Made by a program: the position numbers and the translations under genes. From a virus (lineage: Duplodnaviria; Caudoviricetes), in the IMG/VR virus record IMGVR_UViG_3300048503_000021, positions 1 to 64,000 of that record: a stretch of 64,000 nucleotides of DNA; one strand, written 5' to 3'. Position 1 is the stretch's first letter. Every line of letters begins with the position of its first letter. This document shows positions 35,758 through 45,521 of the stretch, piece after piece. Below the pieces are notes generated by a model, which made no database searches, was not told the DNA's origin, and saw only the letters and a list, made by a program, of their open reading frames with translations.

Positions 35758-36269
35758 AAAAACTGCTTTTCTCTCTGATCTTGTTCGCCGGGCTGGCGGT
35801 CGCGCAAAGCGGCTTCAGCCTGTCCGGCACATTGAGCGCGGACGCCGTGACGAACCTCAACGCCTGGGCCACAACGCAGGTGCAGATGGCGGGCGCGGCC
35901 ACGGCCACCGCGGCCATCGGGGCCGGGGATACCACCATCACAGTCGCCAACTGCACCAATGTGGCGGCGGGCGTGACTGTGCTGATCGACGCTGAGGCGG
36001 TCTCGACATCGACCTGTAGCGGCAATACCTTGACGGTGGCTGCCAGTGGGCGCGGCTACTTCGCCACGGCGGCGGCGGCGCACCTCAGCGGCGTGCAGAT
36101 CGCAGTCTTGAAGTATGCCAGCCTGACGGCGGTGGGGAAGGCGGTGCTCCTCCAGGCGGTGCAGAACATCGCGCATCAGATGATGCTCGGGAACTACGCG
36201 ACGTACAAGGCGCAAGCGGCCACCACGCAGACCAATCAGGCGGCGTCCGACGCGGTGCTGGTGCAGTAA
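35754..36269 (+). CDS. Secreted hypothetical protein
   Basis: MKKLLFSLILFAGLAVAQ; LIDAE...RGY.AT.AAAH module. Confidence 0.7.
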   Translation: MKKLLFSLILFAGLAVAQSGFSLSGTLSADAVTNLNAWATTQVQMAGAATATAAIGAGDTTITVANCTNVAAGVTVLIDAEAVSTSTCSGNTLTVAASGRGYFATAAAAHLSGVQIAVLKYASLTAVGKAVLLQAVQNIAHQMMLGNYATYKAQAATTQTNQAASDAVLVQ

Positions 36270-36271
36270 CT

Positions 36272-37441
36272 ATGAGACGCCTTCTTCCTCTTCTCCTCCT
36301 TGCCCTCTCCGCTCCGGCGTGGGGCGCGTATACCTACAAAGCGACGATCACGCTGGCTCAGACAACGGGCAGTTCCGACCTGACCGATCGCACCAACATC
36401 GTCTATCTGAGCCACGCGTCCCTAAAGTTGGCAGGTAATGGCGGCCAGATCCAACATACCGTCAGCCGCAGCGGCCAGACCGTTCCGGCAGACCTGATAT
36501 TCACATCGGACTCCGGCGGATCTGTTGTGCTGAATTGGGGCATTGAGTCATACGACGGCTCATCGACCGGCGGCGTCGTCTGGGCACACGTCAAGAAGAC
36601 CACCTCGCACATCGGCACGACGGTCATCTATGCCTTCTGGGGCAACACGGCCATCAGCGCATTCCAAGGCGGCGCGGTAGGGTCGGAGTTCGACTCCTCC
36701 ACCATTCTCATGTCGCCGTTTCCGGGCATGACGGGAGGGTGTGCTGGCAACGTCACCTATCGCGACTTCACTTCTGCCGCGAATGATGGCACCTCGTCTT
36801 GTGACTACGGGTCGTCGAGTGGTGGCGTGGTGGGCGGTTACGCTTATGATTATTCGGCGACGTCTTTCCCCGCTTCGTCTGCCTACAATGTTACGACGGG
36901 GACCATCGCACTGTGGGTGAACCCACATACGGGTGACTGCTCTGGCGGAAGCGCCGGGCTGACTATGTTCGCTGGCGTGGGAAGTGACTACTATCTATCC
37001 AACGGATTCCTGCTCGGGTGCTCTCCGCTTAACGGCTACATAGCGGCAATGGCGGGATCTGGCGGGACCAATCCCATCTTCATGGGAACCTCTGTCGTGC
37101 CAGAGAATGCCTGGCATCATGTAGCCATGACGTTCACGAACGGTGGGACGAGTACGTTTTATTTTGACGGCGCGAGCGCGGGCACGTTCACGCCGACCAT
37201 TGGCTCTCCGGGTACGTCGGCCTTCAAAGTGGACGGCAATTTTTCTGTTGTCTCTGCCGGAAATGGAGGGTACGACAATATGTATTTCACGAACAATCTG
37301 CGTTCTGCCGATTGGATCGCCGCTGAGTATAACAACGGCCATGCGCCTTCCACTTTTGCCGCCGTCTCGGGGCTGGCGCCGTGCTCCGGTAGTTGCGGCG
37401 GTGGCGGGGGGGCACCGGTTAGTATGACGCCGATTTTTTGA
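36272..37441 (+). CDS. Secreted DUF2341-like + LamG/ConA-like lectin protein
   Basis: Signal peptide; DLIFT...WGIESYD...WAHV; GTIALWVNP, WHHVAMT, RSADWIAAEYNN. Confidence 0.8.
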   Translation: MRRLLPLLLLALSAPAWGAYTYKATITLAQTTGSSDLTDRTNIVYLSHASLKLAGNGGQIQHTVSRSGQTVPADLIFTSDSGGSVVLNWGIESYDGSSTGGVVWAHVKKTTSHIGTTVIYAFWGNTAISAFQGGAVGSEFDSSTILMSPFPGMTGGCAGNVTYRDFTSAANDGTSSCDYGSSSGGVVGGYAYDYSATSFPASSAYNVTTGTIALWVNPHTGDCSGGSAGLTMFAGVGSDYYLSNGFLLGCSPLNGYIAAMAGSGGTNPIFMGTSVVPENAWHHVAMTFTNGGTSTFYFDGASAGTFTPTIGSPGTSAFKVDGNFSVVSAGNGGYDNMYFTNNLRSADWIAAEYNNGHAPSTFAAVSGLAPCSGSCGGGGGAPVSMTPIF

Positions 37442-37533
37442 GGATTTGAATGTGTGCCTGAGAAGTGAAGAAAGGAAGGAGTTCGAGAAGTGATAACGAA
37501 TCTGAAAATAATGGGGTTCTTGGCACTGACCAT

Positions 37534-37791
37534 ATGACTCAAGCCCAGACTCTCGCCCTGGTGCGCCTCCGGCTCGATACCGTCAGGCCGCACGCGGTGC
37601 GGCGGGGACGCGGGCGCTGGGACGTGGAGCTGCCGCGGCTCAAGACCTACCGCCTCCAGGCGACGCCGCAGGAGCTGGCGCTCGCGCGCTGGTTCGGTTG
37701 CGGCATCGGGCCGCGGCCATCGCCGGAGAGTTCGCTCACGCTTTGGGACCGGGCGGCGCACGCGGACTATTTCGAGAAGGAGACAGAATGA
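37534..37791 (+). CDS. Hypothetical protein
   Basis: High GC3; ATGA overlap with next ORF. Confidence 0.5.
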   Translation: MTQAQTLALVRLRLDTVRPHAVRRGRGRWDVELPRLKTYRLQATPQELALARWFGCGIGPRPSPESSLTLWDRAAHADYFEKETE

Positions 37792-38045
37792 CGCGATGCA
37801 GTTTTCTGCTTGGCCTGCTCCCGATTGCCGCGTTGGCGCAAACCGCGCCGGCCGCTCCGGTGAATGGCCAGTGCCCCGTGTGTAAAACGCAGGCGCCGCC
37901 CTACACGACCGCCCAGCGGCTCGCGGCAGGGTATTGCACCAGCACGGACGGCGGACTTACGGTGGGCCTCTGCGAGTCTGCAAGTAGGGTCACCCGCTGC
38001 CTCGCCTGCAATGCCGCCTTCTGGCAGGACGTAGCGACATCGTGA
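37788..38045 (+). CDS. Small secreted Cys-rich protein
   Basis: MTRCSFLLGLLPIAALAQ; CPVC..C..C..CLAC. Confidence 0.6.
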   Translation: MTRCSFLLGLLPIAALAQTAPAAPVNGQCPVCKTQAPPYTTAQRLAAGYCTSTDGGLTVGLCESASRVTRCLACNAAFWQDVATS

Positions 38046-38052
38046 GCCTCCC

Positions 38053-38289
38053 ATGCCAGTCTCTGCCACCAGCACTCTCGTTCGAGCCTACATGGGAGAC
38101 GCACGCGCCATTGAGACGGTGTTTCGGCAGGCGCTGGGCCAACTCCGGCGCTACGACGGCTCTGGGCGCTGCTTTGCCTCGAAGGAGGAACGATTCACGT
38201 GGCGGGTCAGGCACGATCCCGACTGGACTGGTCCAGACCCTCAACCGGGGAATTGGTGGAGTAGAATTAACCAGATCGCCTTAGGGTAA
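38053..38289 (+). CDS. Hypothetical protein
   Basis: ORF in operon context. Confidence 0.4.
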   Translation: MPVSATSTLVRAYMGDARAIETVFRQALGQLRRYDGSGRCFASKEERFTWRVRHDPDWTGPDPQPGNWWSRINQIALG

Positions 38290-38343
38290 ACTGAAGGCGA
38301 AAAATGCTTTGCTGTGGGGCTCGATTCCAAATAAAGAGAGAGT

Positions 38344-39513
38344 ATGGCCCAATTTACAGAGACCCTACAGTCGATGCAGAACCGCGTGTGCAAGCAGCGC
38401 ATCGGCCTGGACCGGACTCTGGCCGTAGACTTCCTTAACGAGAGGTTGCGGCAAATACTCGACCGTAAGCCGGATTGGTCTAGTCTACTGAAGCGTAACC
38501 TTCTATCCATCCCGCAGGCATACTCTATTGGGACGATTGCGGTTACAACTGGGTCTACGCTCGTCGCGGGAACAGGCACAAATTGGCCTGTAGATGACGC
38601 AGTTAATACCCACATCCAGGAGCCACTACGGGCAGCTAGAACCGTTTGGGTCACTCCCGACAGCACTGTCGGCATCACGCCCAGCAGCCTGCTCTACGTG
38701 GACTCCGCAGGCCCTTACCCTGAGACTGTAGCCGTGTTGGACATGATGGCAGGGCGCATCCTGTGCGCCTTTCAATTCCCGCACGAGGCGAACTTCACAG
38801 CGACAGCAAGCTCTCTCGTCAATCTTCAGTTGCGTGTCAATTCAATTAACCCAATTTTCACCGTGCAGGCGGTAACGAGCCCCACGAGTCTGTATCTAGA
38901 CAATCCGTGGGGACAGGTTGGCGCTGCGGGGATGGCCTATCAGATTTTGCTAGCCTATACGCCTTTTGCGGGGGACGTGAAAGAACTGGTTGTCGTTGTG
39001 GATAATTTCCAGCAAATCGCGCTCCGGTTGCAGGTATCTCAGGAAGAACTCAACCTGTACGACCCGAACCGAACGGCGACTGATTCTCCCAACTGTATTG
39101 CCAATTTGGGGCCGAACCTCAACGGCCAGCAAATGTACGAGATTTATCCTCCACCGTCAATCCCGTACCAGCTTTCTTACCTTTACCATGCCCGTTGGAA
39201 GGGGATGAGGCTCCCAGACGATACTCCTCCTGCGGGAATCAACCCCAATGCCCTCATATATGGGGCTCTGGCAGATGCCTTTGCTACGCCTTGCCCTCGC
39301 CCTCCAGACATGAAGGATGCGTTCTTCAGCCTGGAAACGGCGAATATGTACCAATCTCGGTTCGAGCAGGCCGTCATCGAACTTATGACTTCCGAAGAGA
39401 GCACATACCAGAAGGCCTTTACTTGGAATTTCGCTCAAACTTGGGGAGGAATGGGAATGGGTGCGAACTGGGAGCAATCGCACTCGTGGGAAGCGGCGGC
39501 TGGAGATTACTAA
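38344..39513 (+). CDS. Head-tail adaptor/ring protein 1 with inserted beta modules
   Basis: DFLNERL...W; IYPPP...L.Y.Y...DD.P...ALIYGALA. Confidence 0.65.
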   Translation: MAQFTETLQSMQNRVCKQRIGLDRTLAVDFLNERLRQILDRKPDWSSLLKRNLLSIPQAYSIGTIAVTTGSTLVAGTGTNWPVDDAVNTHIQEPLRAARTVWVTPDSTVGITPSSLLYVDSAGPYPETVAVLDMMAGRILCAFQFPHEANFTATASSLVNLQLRVNSINPIFTVQAVTSPTSLYLDNPWGQVGAAGMAYQILLAYTPFAGDVKELVVVVDNFQQIALRLQVSQEELNLYDPNRTATDSPNCIANLGPNLNGQQMYEIYPPPSIPYQLSYLYHARWKGMRLPDDTPPAGINPNALIYGALADAFATPCPRPPDMKDAFFSLETANMYQSRFEQAVIELMTSEESTYQKAFTWNFAQTWGGMGMGANWEQSHSWEAAAGDY

Positions 39514-39514
39514 T

Positions 39515-42001
39515 ATGAAACACTTTCCTTTCCCTGTCTTGATTGCTTTCTCTCTCTTCACGGCGAAAGCTCAGACCATCCCCCAGCCTCTCCAAGTGGT
39601 TAGGGTCTACAACGTCACAAGCGCCTCTCAGGTGTTCGACAACCGCTCTACGGCGGCTATGGGCTGCAACTACTTCAGTTACTACGTGAACAGCAACGTA
39701 GGGGCCTATACGATCCAGTTGGAGTACAGCGACGTGAGCAGGACTGGGCCGTGGACGCCATTCCCCACAAGCCAGATCACCAACACGTCCTTTGTCCCAA
39801 TTGGCGTCGGCAACGGGTATCACAATTGGGTGCGCCTCAACACGCTTTCAGGTAGCACGTCTTCAACGCTCTCCTGCTCCAAGGACTACTTCATCACCTC
39901 TTCGGCTTCCTCTATCAGCGCCATAGCGGACCCTGGCCTAAACTGCATTCCCTACCGCAGCGGGGCAGGAGAGGCGCGATGCGTGGTTGTCTCTGACATT
40001 GCAAACCTCTTTGGGTCGCTGGCCGAACACTATGTTTACGCTGCTCCAGAAAATGCGAACGGTTTGCCTTCTTTCCGTCAAATGTATGCCGACGACATCA
40101 GCTTTACACAAACAGGGGCAGGGGCCGTCGCTAGTACGGTAGACGCCAAGCTCAGAGAAACAATTAGCGTTAAGGACTTCGGGGCCAAAGGAGATGGCGT
40201 GACCGACGATACCGCGGCTATCCAGGCGGCGCTGACGGCGGCTGGCACTAGTTGTGGGCTGGTTTACTTCCCTCACGGCACGTACATGATGAGCGTGACG
40301 GCGGGCAGTCTCACGGGCACGGTGATTCCGAGCTGCGTGGAAATGGCGGGCGAATCCAACACCGGGGCGGTCATCAAGCTCAAGAGCGCGGCATTCAATG
40401 GCGAATGGTTCAGCTCTAACGGGACGCATAACATCACCATCCGCGATCTGACGTTCGACGGGGCGAACGCGCCGATTAACAGCGGCTATGGCACGGTAAC
40501 GACAAACGGAACGGCGGTCACTCTCGTAACGGGCACCCCGTTCTATACAGACGGGACGTGGGCGGGGCTGCCGTTCGTCATCAACTACGTTTACTATACA
40601 ATCGCCTCCGTGACAGACAGCTCTCACCTGGTGCTCACCGCGACCGCTGGGGTGCAATCCTCCGCCGTCACATACTTCAGCGTGGGGCTCTTTTACCAAG
40701 TGATCGGAATGGTCAATGCCTCCTACGTCACGATCAGGGACTGCCGATTCGTCAACGTCTTTCCCACGCTGGTGGTCGCCTTCTACGGCGGGGCCGGATT
40801 TATCACCCTGGACCACAACTACATCGAGACCACGGCGGCCAGCGGGAACCAGAACGAAGGGTTCAACATCAGCACCGGCGGCCCTTACGCGATGAACGGA
40901 GTACGTGTCACAAATAACACCCTCGTCCATACCGGTATGGACATCAACACCTACGGGGCGCATGTGGAGGGCAACGACATCAGCGGGTGGGGATATGGCG
41001 CTGGGATCACCACAGAAGAAAGCGCCCTGTGCGGGTACAACCTAATCTCCAGAAACATGCTCGTTAGCTCGACCGGGATCGACACTAATGCAACCCGTCC
41101 CAACGCGATTGAGGACTGGGCGTCTTACGATAGGATCACCGAGAACTTCGTAAGCGGAATGTCGGGAGACGGCATCGATGCGGGCGGCCCCAATACCCTG
41201 ATCGCCAACAACATAACAATCGACAACGGCTCTAGCGCTCCGGGAGCAGGGTGCGGTATATCGGCGCGCTACGGGAATGACACGTACCAGTGCAGCTACT
41301 GCACCTTCACTGGGAACGTGTCCCTTGATACAAATTCCAACCTAGCTCTGGGGACTCAAGGTTACGGATTCTGCATCCAGGCCAGCCCTAGCGGCACGCT
41401 TCCGACTCATGTCTTTGTCACGCCGGACAACAACTTCAACCACAATATGGAGAACCCGACGAATACGGTATTAGCCCAAGGTACGGTGACTACCAACCAC
41501 AACATAATCACCTGGGCTTCCGGCTCGCCGTTTGTAACAAGTGGCCCATGGTTTAACGGGATGACAATTGTCATAAATAATGTGGCCTACTCCATCGGCA
41601 ACGTAGGCTCCGCCACGGCGCTGGCCGTGAATGAAGACAGCGGGGTCCAGGCCACCGCCGTACCCTACTACGTGCCGGCATTCGATCAGACCAAGGCCGT
41701 CTGGGCGCTTTCCCAGGGCGTCCCTCCTTCGTTCCCCTACTGCGTCGCCTGGACCCCCGGTACAATCGCCGCCGGTGCCACGGCATCTGTCCAGGAGACT
41801 GTCCCCGGAGCGCAAATGGGGTCCACGATTGCGCCACCCAGTTTCTCCCTGAACGCGGGCGGCGTGCTGTTCTACGGGTACGTATACACCCCCAATGCCA
41901 TCACCTTCGTGGCCTACAATCTCTCCGGTGCGTCGCAGACCTTGGCCGCCGGACAGATTTGCACGACCGTGACCATGCCTCTCGGCTATAGCAACTACTA
42001 G
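39515..42001 (+). CDS. Tailspike-like pectate-lyase-3 beta-helix protein with signal peptide
   Basis: MKHFPFPVLIAFSLFTAKAQ; AVASTVDAKLRETISVKDFGAKGDGVTDDTAAIQAA; VYFPHGTY. Confidence 0.85.
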   Translation: MKHFPFPVLIAFSLFTAKAQTIPQPLQVVRVYNVTSASQVFDNRSTAAMGCNYFSYYVNSNVGAYTIQLEYSDVSRTGPWTPFPTSQITNTSFVPIGVGNGYHNWVRLNTLSGSTSSTLSCSKDYFITSSASSISAIADPGLNCIPYRSGAGEARCVVVSDIANLFGSLAEHYVYAAPENANGLPSFRQMYADDISFTQTGAGAVASTVDAKLRETISVKDFGAKGDGVTDDTAAIQAALTAAGTSCGLVYFPHGTYMMSVTAGSLTGTVIPSCVEMAGESNTGAVIKLKSAAFNGEWFSSNGTHNITIRDLTFDGANAPINSGYGTVTTNGTAVTLVTGTPFYTDGTWAGLPFVINYVYYTIASVTDSSHLVLTATAGVQSSAVTYFSVGLFYQVIGMVNASYVTIRDCRFVNVFPTLVVAFYGGAGFITLDHNYIETTAASGNQNEGFNISTGGPYAMNGVRVTNNTLVHTGMDINTYGAHVEGNDISGWGYGAGITTEESALCGYNLISRNMLVSSTGIDTNATRPNAIEDWASYDRITENFVSGMSGDGIDAGGPNTLIANNITIDNGSSAPGAGCGISARYGNDTYQCSYCTFTGNVSLDTNSNLALGTQGYGFCIQASPSGTLPTHVFVTPDNNFNHNMENPTNTVLAQGTVTTNHNIITWASGSPFVTSGPWFNGMTIVINNVAYSIGNVGSATALAVNEDSGVQATAVPYYVPAFDQTKAVWALSQGVPPSFPYCVAWTPGTIAAGATASVQETVPGAQMGSTIAPPSFSLNAGGVLFYGYVYTPNAITFVAYNLSGASQTLAAGQICTTVTMPLGYSNY

Positions 42002-42026
42002 GAGCGCCAAAGGATAGAATACCTAA

Positions 42027-42542
42027 ATGCCAGAACAAAGCATCTCGGAACTAACCACACGCCTATCCGTGATAGAAGCAGCAGAGAAGCGAGAACATGC
42101 TGCCTTGCAATGCCAGTTTGGGCTAAAACTTTCAGCACTCCAGGCGGAGTTTCTGTTGCGACTTGAATCTGCCTCGCGAGCCCTTGAACTGGCACGAACC
42201 GAACTAAGCAGGCGGCTGGAGTCGTTGAACAACGAAGCGGAACGGGTAAAGAAAATCCAGGACACATACGCACTCCGCGAGGTCGTGGAAAACAACTTCA
42301 AAGAGATTCGCTTAATTATTGAATCTCAGACCCGAGAGACACGCAGTTACCTTGACCAGCGAGTAGATAAGGTGTGGTCGTCCTGCGAGGCGGAGTTCAA
42401 GGATGTTCAGAAAGCCGTCAAGGAACTGAACGATTTCCGTAACAACTTTCTTGGCAAGCAGGCTGTTGTCGCCTTCTGTATCGCGTCGGTGGTCTCTCTC
42501 GCCCTGCGCTATCTGATCCCCATTAGAGGAGCAACCCCGTGA
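42027..42542 (+). CDS. Coiled-coil protein with C-terminal TM segment
   Basis: RRLESLN; AVVAFCIASVVSLAL. Confidence 0.65.
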   Translation: MPEQSISELTTRLSVIEAAEKREHAALQCQFGLKLSALQAEFLLRLESASRALELARTELSRRLESLNNEAERVKKIQDTYALREVVENNFKEIRLIIESQTRETRSYLDQRVDKVWSSCEAEFKDVQKAVKELNDFRNNFLGKQAVVAFCIASVVSLALRYLIPIRGATP

Positions 42543-42626
42543 TGCCACCTGACGGCCAAGACCAGCCCGACAAGGTGGAAGTAATTCGGCGGGTCTTCGG
42601 CCCGCTTGATTGGAGAAAACAAATTG

Positions 42627-42917
42627 ATGCCAGATAACGCTTACAAGACGGAGCCATCCACTATTAAATGGGGCCTAAATCCTGGACAGATTATTACGAT
42701 CATCGTCCTGGTAGTAGGCATGGCTGCCTCTTGGGGTAGTCTCTCTCAGCAGATTGCTACGCACACCGAAATGCTCGGCAGGATGTCGGTAGACCAAGCC
42801 ACTATGGGCCGTGACCTCCTCGGATTGCGGGAAGAACAGGCGCGCGTTCGCGGCAAACTGGAAGAGCATGATCGTGAAGATTCCGCGTGGCGCGCGGCTC
42901 ATCGTCAAGACAGATAA
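42627..42917 (+). CDS. N-terminal TM plus coiled-coil protein (lysis-associated?)
   Basis: GQIITIIVLVVGMAASW. Confidence 0.6.
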   Translation: MPDNAYKTEPSTIKWGLNPGQIITIIVLVVGMAASWGSLSQQIATHTEMLGRMSVDQATMGRDLLGLREEQARVRGKLEEHDREDSAWRAAHRQDR

Positions 42918-42930
42918 AAGAGAGGGTATT

Positions 42931-43257
42931 ATGCAGCGTAAACCAGACAACGGCGAGTCCACGTTCGACAAGTTTCGTTCTCCGCAGGCGGTCCCAGTGG
43001 AGCCTGAAGGTGAGATCCTTCAACGCATGGCCCAGTCGGACACCTATAACGAAAGCGAACGCAAGTCAATGGTGAGATCGGCGGAATGGCTTAATCGTGA
43101 GGCTATGGGGCGGGAACTGTTCAACACGCAGATGAACTCGCCTGGGGCTTCTACGTTCTCCAAGGGCCGAGTGTTCGATTGCCCAGAGCCGGAAACGTCT
43201 GAGCGAAGGAAAGAGAGCATCAAAGACTTTCCAGAAGTTCCTAGCAGTCGCAGGTAG
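42931..43257 (+). CDS. Hypothetical protein
   Basis: SD GAGGG. Confidence 0.55.
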   Translation: MQRKPDNGESTFDKFRSPQAVPVEPEGEILQRMAQSDTYNESERKSMVRSAEWLNREAMGRELFNTQMNSPGASTFSKGRVFDCPEPETSERRKESIKDFPEVPSSRR

Positions 43258-43269
43258 AGAAGGTGCGTA

Positions 43270-43923
43270 GTGCCGCTTGTTACGCTTGGGAGTCTTATCG
43301 GCCGGGTGTACACACGCCTTGATAATAATGGCCTACTCTACCCTCGTCCGGAGATTGTCAATGCCATTAACGAAGCGGTCCAGGTCGTCAACCTCTCCAC
43401 GGGGTTCATCCAAGGCACTTTCCAGATTCCAGGGTGGTCTCAGGTCAACCGAGTCTGGTACGACACCCCCGCTCAGATCATCATTCCCCTGCGCGTCACG
43501 TTCGAGGGCATGTACCTTCAACCGACGACGCTTTGGCAACTGGGCGCTTCTTATCCCAATTGGACGGCAGACACAACCAGCAGTGTGGGGCTTCCTGTTT
43601 CCTATTGGGTCCCGTGTGGTCTGACGAAGTTCGGGATCTACCCCGCTGATTCCCTTGGTGGCTGTGACATCAGGGTAACTGGAGTGATGGAGCCGGTCCC
43701 ATTGGTGGCCGATACGGACATCCTCAATCTCCCCAACGAGTACGCCAGCGCCGTTGATTTTCTGGCGGCACATACCCTCATGCTGAAGGAATCCTCAACC
43801 ATCTTTGCACACGGATCGACGGACTATCAGAAGTACCTGTCCGTCAACAAGAAGATGACAATTTGGAAGGGGTTGACGCAACCGCGCTACTTCTTACCGG
43901 AAGCCCAGCAGGCTAAAACATGA
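43270..43923 (+). CDS. Head-tail adaptor/ring protein 2
   Basis: RVYTRLD...EIVNAINEA; FGIYP; LPNEY. Confidence 0.65.
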   Translation: MPLVTLGSLIGRVYTRLDNNGLLYPRPEIVNAINEAVQVVNLSTGFIQGTFQIPGWSQVNRVWYDTPAQIIIPLRVTFEGMYLQPTTLWQLGASYPNWTADTTSSVGLPVSYWVPCGLTKFGIYPADSLGGCDIRVTGVMEPVPLVADTDILNLPNEYASAVDFLAAHTLMLKESSTIFAHGSTDYQKYLSVNKKMTIWKGLTQPRYFLPEAQQAKT

Positions 43924-44441
43924 CAGATGAATTCCAAGCAAAGCTGATCGCCATGCTCTCTACCCATGAGGGCCGCAAAGCATGGATGTATCCCGATACA
44001 GCAGGGAACGTCACCGTGGGGGTAGGGCACATGATCCCCTCGCCCGATGCCGCAACGCAGTTAGGGTTCTCAGACGCCAATCTTGAGACGGCTTCAGAGG
44101 AGGATGTCGTCAACGGATGGGGCTTTGTCAAATCCAGCAACCAGGAATACAAGGCACTGACGCTATCAGACAGCAAAATCAACAATCTCCTAATGGGGGA
44201 TGTGGCTCACTTCTACCTTGTCTTGATCCAGACTTTCCCAAAGTTTAAGTCTTATCCTGAGTCAGCCCAATTGGGCCTCTACGACATGGTATTCAACCTA
44301 GGAAGCTTTCGGGCTTTTCCTAGATTTGCGGCGGCTGTGCTGCAACAGAATTGGGCATCGGCGGCGGCAGAATGCCAGCGTGAAGGCATTGGAGCCGCCC
44401 GCAATCAGGATACGAAGAATCTTTTCCTGGAGTGCGCATGA
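43920..44441 (+). CDS. Lysozyme (GH24-like)
   Basis: HEG...YPDTAGNVTVGVGH; DMVFNLG; NWASAAAE; ARN. Confidence 0.85.
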   Translation: MTDEFQAKLIAMLSTHEGRKAWMYPDTAGNVTVGVGHMIPSPDAATQLGFSDANLETASEEDVVNGWGFVKSSNQEYKALTLSDSKINNLLMGDVAHFYLVLIQTFPKFKSYPESAQLGLYDMVFNLGSFRAFPRFAAAVLQQNWASAAAECQREGIGAARNQDTKNLFLECA

Positions 44442-45286
44442 GCACGTCGAACCCATACGTCGAGATCTTTCAAACTCGGCTCACGTCGGACCTCTACGCT
44501 ATCTACAAACAATGCTCCAATGTTTTGCTTGAAGATGGAGGTCTTACTTTAGGGCTGATTACAGATAGTGAGTTCTACGCTATCGCCAATGAGGTTGTAA
44601 CGGACTTCTTGAGTAAGACTCAGATCATCAAAAAAGTATTCTGCGTCCCATTATTGGTCGGCGTGGACACATACACGAAGCCCGATCAACTGGGGGAGAT
44701 TGACGAAGCGCTTGCGGGGCAGACGCACATCAACCGGACGAGCGGGTTCTATTTGGACAATTCCGACCCTTCGTGGCCGACGCAGTTCAACCAGCCACAG
44801 TCCTTCAAGGAAGATGAAGTCCCAGTCAATCAGATCCAACTAAGCCCTATGCCAAACGTGGAAGGAGAGTTGACGTACACCTACGATCAGGGCTATGGCG
44901 TGCCCGCCTCTACGTCTGGCGCGGTTGACTTCGACATCCAGGCCAATCCGTCTACCCCTGGTTACGGGGTGTTTGCCGAAGCCATTGGGAATCCATATTT
45001 AGAAGCAGCCGGGACTGGTTACGGGGTGTATGCCGACATGGTATGCTCCACTGGGAATCTGACGATGATTGGGAATGTCATCCCGACCGATCCGACGTAT
45101 ATTCAGCTAATCCCCGCTTCGTTCCAGTGCTACTTGAAGTATGGGATACTCTCCAGGATCTTTTCTACAAACAGCGAATTGAAAGACGAACAGAAAGCCA
45201 CCTATTGCCAAGCGCGGTATGCTGAAGGTGTGAACTTAGCAGGAGCAATTATGGCCAACATCTACACGGAGCAAGCCAATGCCTGA
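44438..45286 (+). CDS. Head-tail adaptor/ring protein 3
   Basis: ANEVVTDFL.KT; IQLSP.P; IPASFQCYLKYG.L. Confidence 0.6.
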   Translation: MSTSNPYVEIFQTRLTSDLYAIYKQCSNVLLEDGGLTLGLITDSEFYAIANEVVTDFLSKTQIIKKVFCVPLLVGVDTYTKPDQLGEIDEALAGQTHINRTSGFYLDNSDPSWPTQFNQPQSFKEDEVPVNQIQLSPMPNVEGELTYTYDQGYGVPASTSGAVDFDIQANPSTPGYGVFAEAIGNPYLEAAGTGYGVYADMVCSTGNLTMIGNVIPTDPTYIQLIPASFQCYLKYGILSRIFSTNSELKDEQKATYCQARYAEGVNLAGAIMANIYTEQANA

Positions 45287-45515
45287 TGCCATCACCGTTA
45301 CTTTCAGAGGGATCGTCGTCGAAGACTTCATGATGGTCACTGTCGCCGGTCCTGCCACTACGACTGTTCTTGGAGTAGGCCCTGGCGTAACCGTCTCTCC
45401 CTTCGTCATGGCGGCAAGCGATGCAGGCGCAGCGACGGCAGGAGTACCTGTCGGCGGGGTCTATATCGTCACGTCAGCTCCAGGGAATAGCTACCTCAAG
45501 GCCAGAATGAGCTAA
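45279..45515 (+). CDS. Small fibre-tip-like protein
   Basis: DAGAATAGVPVGGVY motif. Confidence 0.55.
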   Translation: MPDAITVTFRGIVVEDFMMVTVAGPATTTVLGVGPGVTVSPFVMAASDAGAATAGVPVGGVYIVTSAPGNSYLKARMS

Positions 45516-45521
45516 GACAAC

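Noticed and set aside
34453-36215. Long minus-strand ORFs (433 and 250 aa) opposite the fibre genes
   Set aside because: Expected shadows of GC3-rich, low-complexity genes; Arg/Gly-rich with no motifs
39938-40963. 341-aa minus-strand ORF opposite the tailspike
   Set aside because: Antisense shadow with no recognisable domain
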